This document shows positions 61,457 through 64,000 of a stretch of 64,000 bases of DNA, one piece after another. How positions within the stretch are numbered: position 1 is the stretch's first letter; each line of letters begins with the position of its first letter. The notes beneath the pieces were generated by a model, which saw only the letters and a program-made list of their open reading frames with translations, had not been told where the DNA came from and did no database searches. The position numbers and the translations under genes were made by a program. Source of the stretch: Pirellulales bacterium (GTDB taxonomy: Bacteria > Planctomycetota > Planctomycetia > Pirellulales > UBA1268); assembly GCA_044236455.1 (NCBI GenBank), contig JBIIGJ010000003.1:1806-65805 (forward strand), in the 5' to 3' direction.

Positions 61457-63153
61457 TAGCGTTGGTCGCCGGAGCGGCCGCCACGCCTAGAGTCGCGCGG
61501 CCTGTCTGACGAGCCGCCGCGGCCCGCGGAGTCGCCCCGCGATTCCCCACGGCCACGGTCGCCGTCGCCGCCGCGGGGCGGTCGGCTGCGGGCGTCGAGG
61601 TTGCCGGCGATCACGATGCCGATGGCCTCCACCCAACTGGGCACGTCGAGCACATCGTTGAGCCCGCTCTCGATGATGCTGTCATCGTCATCCGCTGGAG
61701 GGCGATTGTCGCGGATGCGGCCGTCGTGGCTGGCATCTTCGATGCCGAGAAACTCCAGGCCCTCGTCATCCTCCTCGCGTCCCCCCGCCACCGGGGCAAA
61801 TTCATCGCGACGGCCACGGTCGAAGGTCGATGCGGATCGCCGCTCGTCGCCCCCGCTTCTGCCACGGCTACGTCGGCTGCGGCGTTGTTCGCCCCCTCCG
61901 GTGGAACGGCGGGATGCCGAACCCTCCCGGCTGCCCTCGGCTGCAGATGAAGTGCCACGAGAGTCGCGGCTGCGTCCTTCGCCGCCGCGGCGGCGCCGAC
62001 GACGACGGCCACCGGATTCGCCACCTTCACGGCCTTCAGTTCTTGCGGTTCCAGACGACTCGCCGGTGCCTTCCGTCCCCGATCGGCTGCCCTCTTGCCG
62101 GGAGGCATCGGCCCTACCGGAGTCCGTTGGCCTCGCGGGAGACCGCACGCCATACCCTGACGGCAGCGGTTCGTCATCGAAATCGCCATCATCGCGGGCG
62201 GGTACGCTGCCCTCGCGATCCGACTGTGCGCCCGCGCCGACGTCGCCTTCGCGATCGCCACGGCCGCGACGCCTGCCGCCGCGACGGCCTCGACGCCTCC
62301 GACGGCGTGGAGCGCCGTCGGCGTCACGATCGCCTTCTCCGGCTGGTTCTCGACGCTGGCCCCCGTCGTCATCACCGACTGATTCACGCGGCAGGCTGGC
62401 GCGGTCTGCGGCTTCACCCGACTGCTCCGTCGACGGACGGTCGAAGTCGTCGTGATCCTCTGCGGAGGCCGGCCTGCGCCCAGCGGTTTGTTCGTCATCC
62501 AAGCGGCTCGGCAGCGGGCGATCGCGGCCTTCCTCGCGGCCTCTGCCGCCACGTCCGCGGCCGCCGCGTCGGCCCCGGCGACGTCGTCCGCGGCCCTCAC
62601 CCTGCTCATCATCGCGGGGGCCCCGCGGTGCATCGCCAGACTCGGTCCGATCTCGAGCGCCTTCGTCGGCGCGTTCGCCAGCGGAACGGGACGGTCCTTC
62701 ACTTTGCGTTTCTTCGGTGCGTCTTTCTTCGGTGCGTCGAGGCCGCTGTGGCTCGCGGCTCTGTTGTGGGGCCGAATCAGCCGCCGGCCGGCGGGTGCCG
62801 AAAGAGAATTCGTCGTGGTCCCGCTCGCTGCGACGGGCCGGCTGTTCGACCGCTCCACGATCGACCGGAGCCGCTGGCCGGACTGGGGCTGCAGGCGGTT
62901 GTGGCCGGCTGGCCGGGGCCGAGGAAGCCGTTTCTGCGGCAGGGGTCAGGCCGAGCGTCGAGGCCACGCTTCCCCAATCGGAGTGAGCGGCGGGGGCCGG
63001 CTTCTCGGCACGGGGCTTTTGCGGCGGGCGGACAGACGCGGGAGGCGCTGACGGAGTCGGAGGAGGGACAGCGGGCTTGGCGGCGGGTTTGGCACCCAGA
63101 GAGTCTGCCAGATCGGCCCAGGGATCTTTCTTCTGTTCGTGTTCCGACATCAT
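61456..63153 (-). CDS. Highly charged Arg/Gly/Asp/Glu/Ser-rich, largely disordered protein (~565 aa), function unknown
   Basis: The start MMSEHEQKKDPWADLADSLGAKP.. is the complement of 63148-63153. The middle is made of RRRRGRRGGRGRGGRGREEGRD-type tracts. The C-terminal ordered-looking block reads ..LEFLGIEDASHDGRIRDNRPPADDDDSIIESGLNDVLDVPSWVEAIGIVIAGNLDARS, followed by an RG tail. The opposite-strand ORFs here are Pro/Arg/Ser junk. Confidence 0.7.
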   Translation of the reverse strand: MMSEHEQKKDPWADLADSLGAKPAAKPAVPPPTPSAPPASVRPPQKPRAEKPAPAAHSDWGSVASTLGLTPAAETASSAPASRPQPPAAPVRPAAPVDRGAVEQPARRSERDHDEFSFGTRRPAADSAPQQSREPQRPRRTEERRTEETQSEGPSRSAGERADEGARDRTESGDAPRGPRDDEQGEGRGRRRRGRRGGRGRGGRGREEGRDRPLPSRLDDEQTAGRRPASAEDHDDFDRPSTEQSGEAADRASLPRESVGDDDGGQRREPAGEGDRDADGAPRRRRRRGRRGGRRRGRGDREGDVGAGAQSDREGSVPARDDGDFDDEPLPSGYGVRSPARPTDSGRADASRQEGSRSGTEGTGESSGTARTEGREGGESGGRRRRRRRGGEGRSRDSRGTSSAAEGSREGSASRRSTGGGEQRRSRRSRGRSGGDERRSASTFDRGRRDEFAPVAGGREEDDEGLEFLGIEDASHDGRIRDNRPPADDDDSIIESGLNDVLDVPSWVEAIGIVIAGNLDARSRPPRGGDGDRGRGESRGDSAGRGGSSDRPRDSRRGGRSGDQR

Positions 63154-63324
63154 GAATTCCACAATGGCTGGGGAGGGGGGCACGTCGTGCCAGCAGCCGG
63201 GCCATCCGGCGACACGTCGCGCGGAGGCGGTCCGACCCGCCGGTCCGCTCGCAAGATACTACAAAACCTTCCCCAGCGTCAGCCGACGGCGGTTTGCCAG
63301 CCGTGCCGGCCCGCCAGCCGCGGC

Positions 63325-64000
63325 CTAGGGCCTGGCCCGCTGGCCGCGGGCCAGGGCGCGGATCATGCTGCCGTTGTCGGCGACGTCGAAGAGCGGCCGA
63401 TACGGGCTGGCCAGGCTCCGCCGGGCACGGCCGGCGGGGTAGTAGACGATGTTGGCGGACAGGTTCCACGCCGACGGCGAGAAAGTGACGTTGGTGGGAC
63501 CGAGCGGCAAGGTCTGCGACTTGTCAGGGAGCAGGTAGGTGAAGTTGCTCTCCAGGGCCAGCGACCGCGACAGCGGAGCCCGGACCATCGCCCCCACGAT
63601 CCCCTGACCGTCGCCCGTGGCACCGCCCCAGACGCGGGCCTCGTTGGCATCGCCAAAGTGGAGCCTGTAGAAGGCGGTGTAGAGGTCGACGGTGCTGGCC
63701 ACCCCGGGCGTTCTCGAGCCGGGGGTGAGCGTGCCCTGCTGCTCCATGGCATTGAAGGCGCCCCAGAAGCCCAGTTCGTGGTAGCCCCAGACGTAGCTCA
63801 GTTCGCCGCGGATCTGCGAGACGTCGATCTGTTCGAAGTAGCTTTCGCCCAGATAGTCGTACACGGCTCCGCCTTGGAGGCCGCGGCCCTCGAAGGCCCG
63901 CGTGAAGAAGCCGGTGGTCACGAAGGTCTGCTGCCGCGAGTTGGCCTGGAACGTGCTCGTCCCGTCGTTGAGCGTGGGCTGATGGAAGTTGGTCTGGACG
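63325..64000 (-). CDS. Putative outer-membrane beta-barrel protein (5' end outside the window)
   Basis: The frame stays open upstream of the track's GTG 'start' to the window edge (my translation: ..VQTNFHQPTLNDGTSTFQANSRQQTFVTTGFF..). Alternating aromatic/hydrophilic beta-strand patterns are present (..ELSYVWGYHELGFWGAFN.., ..VDLYTAFYRLHFG.., ..LALESNFTYLL.., ..NLSANIVYYPAG..). Confidence 0.6.
   Translation of the reverse strand, partial: VQTNFHQPTLNDGTSTFQANSRQQTFVTTGFFTRAFEGRGLQGGAVYDYLGESYFEQIDVSQIRGELSYVWGYHELGFWGAFNAMEQQGTLTPGSRTPGVASTVDLYTAFYRLHFGDANEARVWGGATGDGQGIVGAMVRAPLSRSLALESNFTYLLPDKSQTLPLGPTNVTFSPSAWNLSANIVYYPAGRARRSLASPYRPLFDVADNGSMIRALARGQRARP

Overview
The window is a GC-rich chromosomal segment with G/C-dominated third codon positions, so long spurious antisense ORFs are common. 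It looks planctomycetal. The evidence is a DUF1559 prepilin-like protein (GFSLVELLVVIAIIAIL N-terminus), a sulfatase-fold protein, a TAT-signal TIM-barrel isomerase, an MfnB-type gene, and a Rho with an RGG-rich N-terminus. I support about 40 protein genes and one tRNA-Ser. I saw no rRNA, CRISPR array, transposase or integrase.

Housekeeping genes: acnA, rnd, glpD-glpK, rho, a HIT protein, a POT transporter and an ECF sigma factor.

Main accessory content:
1. A roughly 15-kb translationally coupled lipid/polyketide locus (30664-45429). It holds a 2967-aa PfaA-like megasynthase (KS, KS-like, AT, 3 tandem ACPs, an embedded C45/IAT-like Ntn domain, KR, DH). Downstream are a PPTase, a Rieske oxygenase, a FabL-like enoyl reductase and a stand-alone thioester reductase. 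A PapA/condensation-type acyltransferase is divergently encoded.
2. A single 2264-aa AddB-AddA fusion helicase-nuclease, ATGA-coupled to a DUF2130 protein that carries a D...ExK nuclease-like motif.
3. A family of 80-100 bp TIR/hairpin elements. There are three copies, all in convergent gene gaps, with compensatory changes in the hairpin. One copy supplies the C-terminal tail of an MMPL/RND transporter.
4. An ACP-like (Ser->Thr) domain fused to an alpha-oxoamine synthase, located next to the MMPL transporter, a SET-domain gene and a secreted EEP phosphodiesterase.
5. A long rho leader with three phased palindromes, and a 60-bp tandem hairpin repeat between convergent genes.

All calls come from reading motifs in the supplied translations and my own manual translation. 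No database search was possible.
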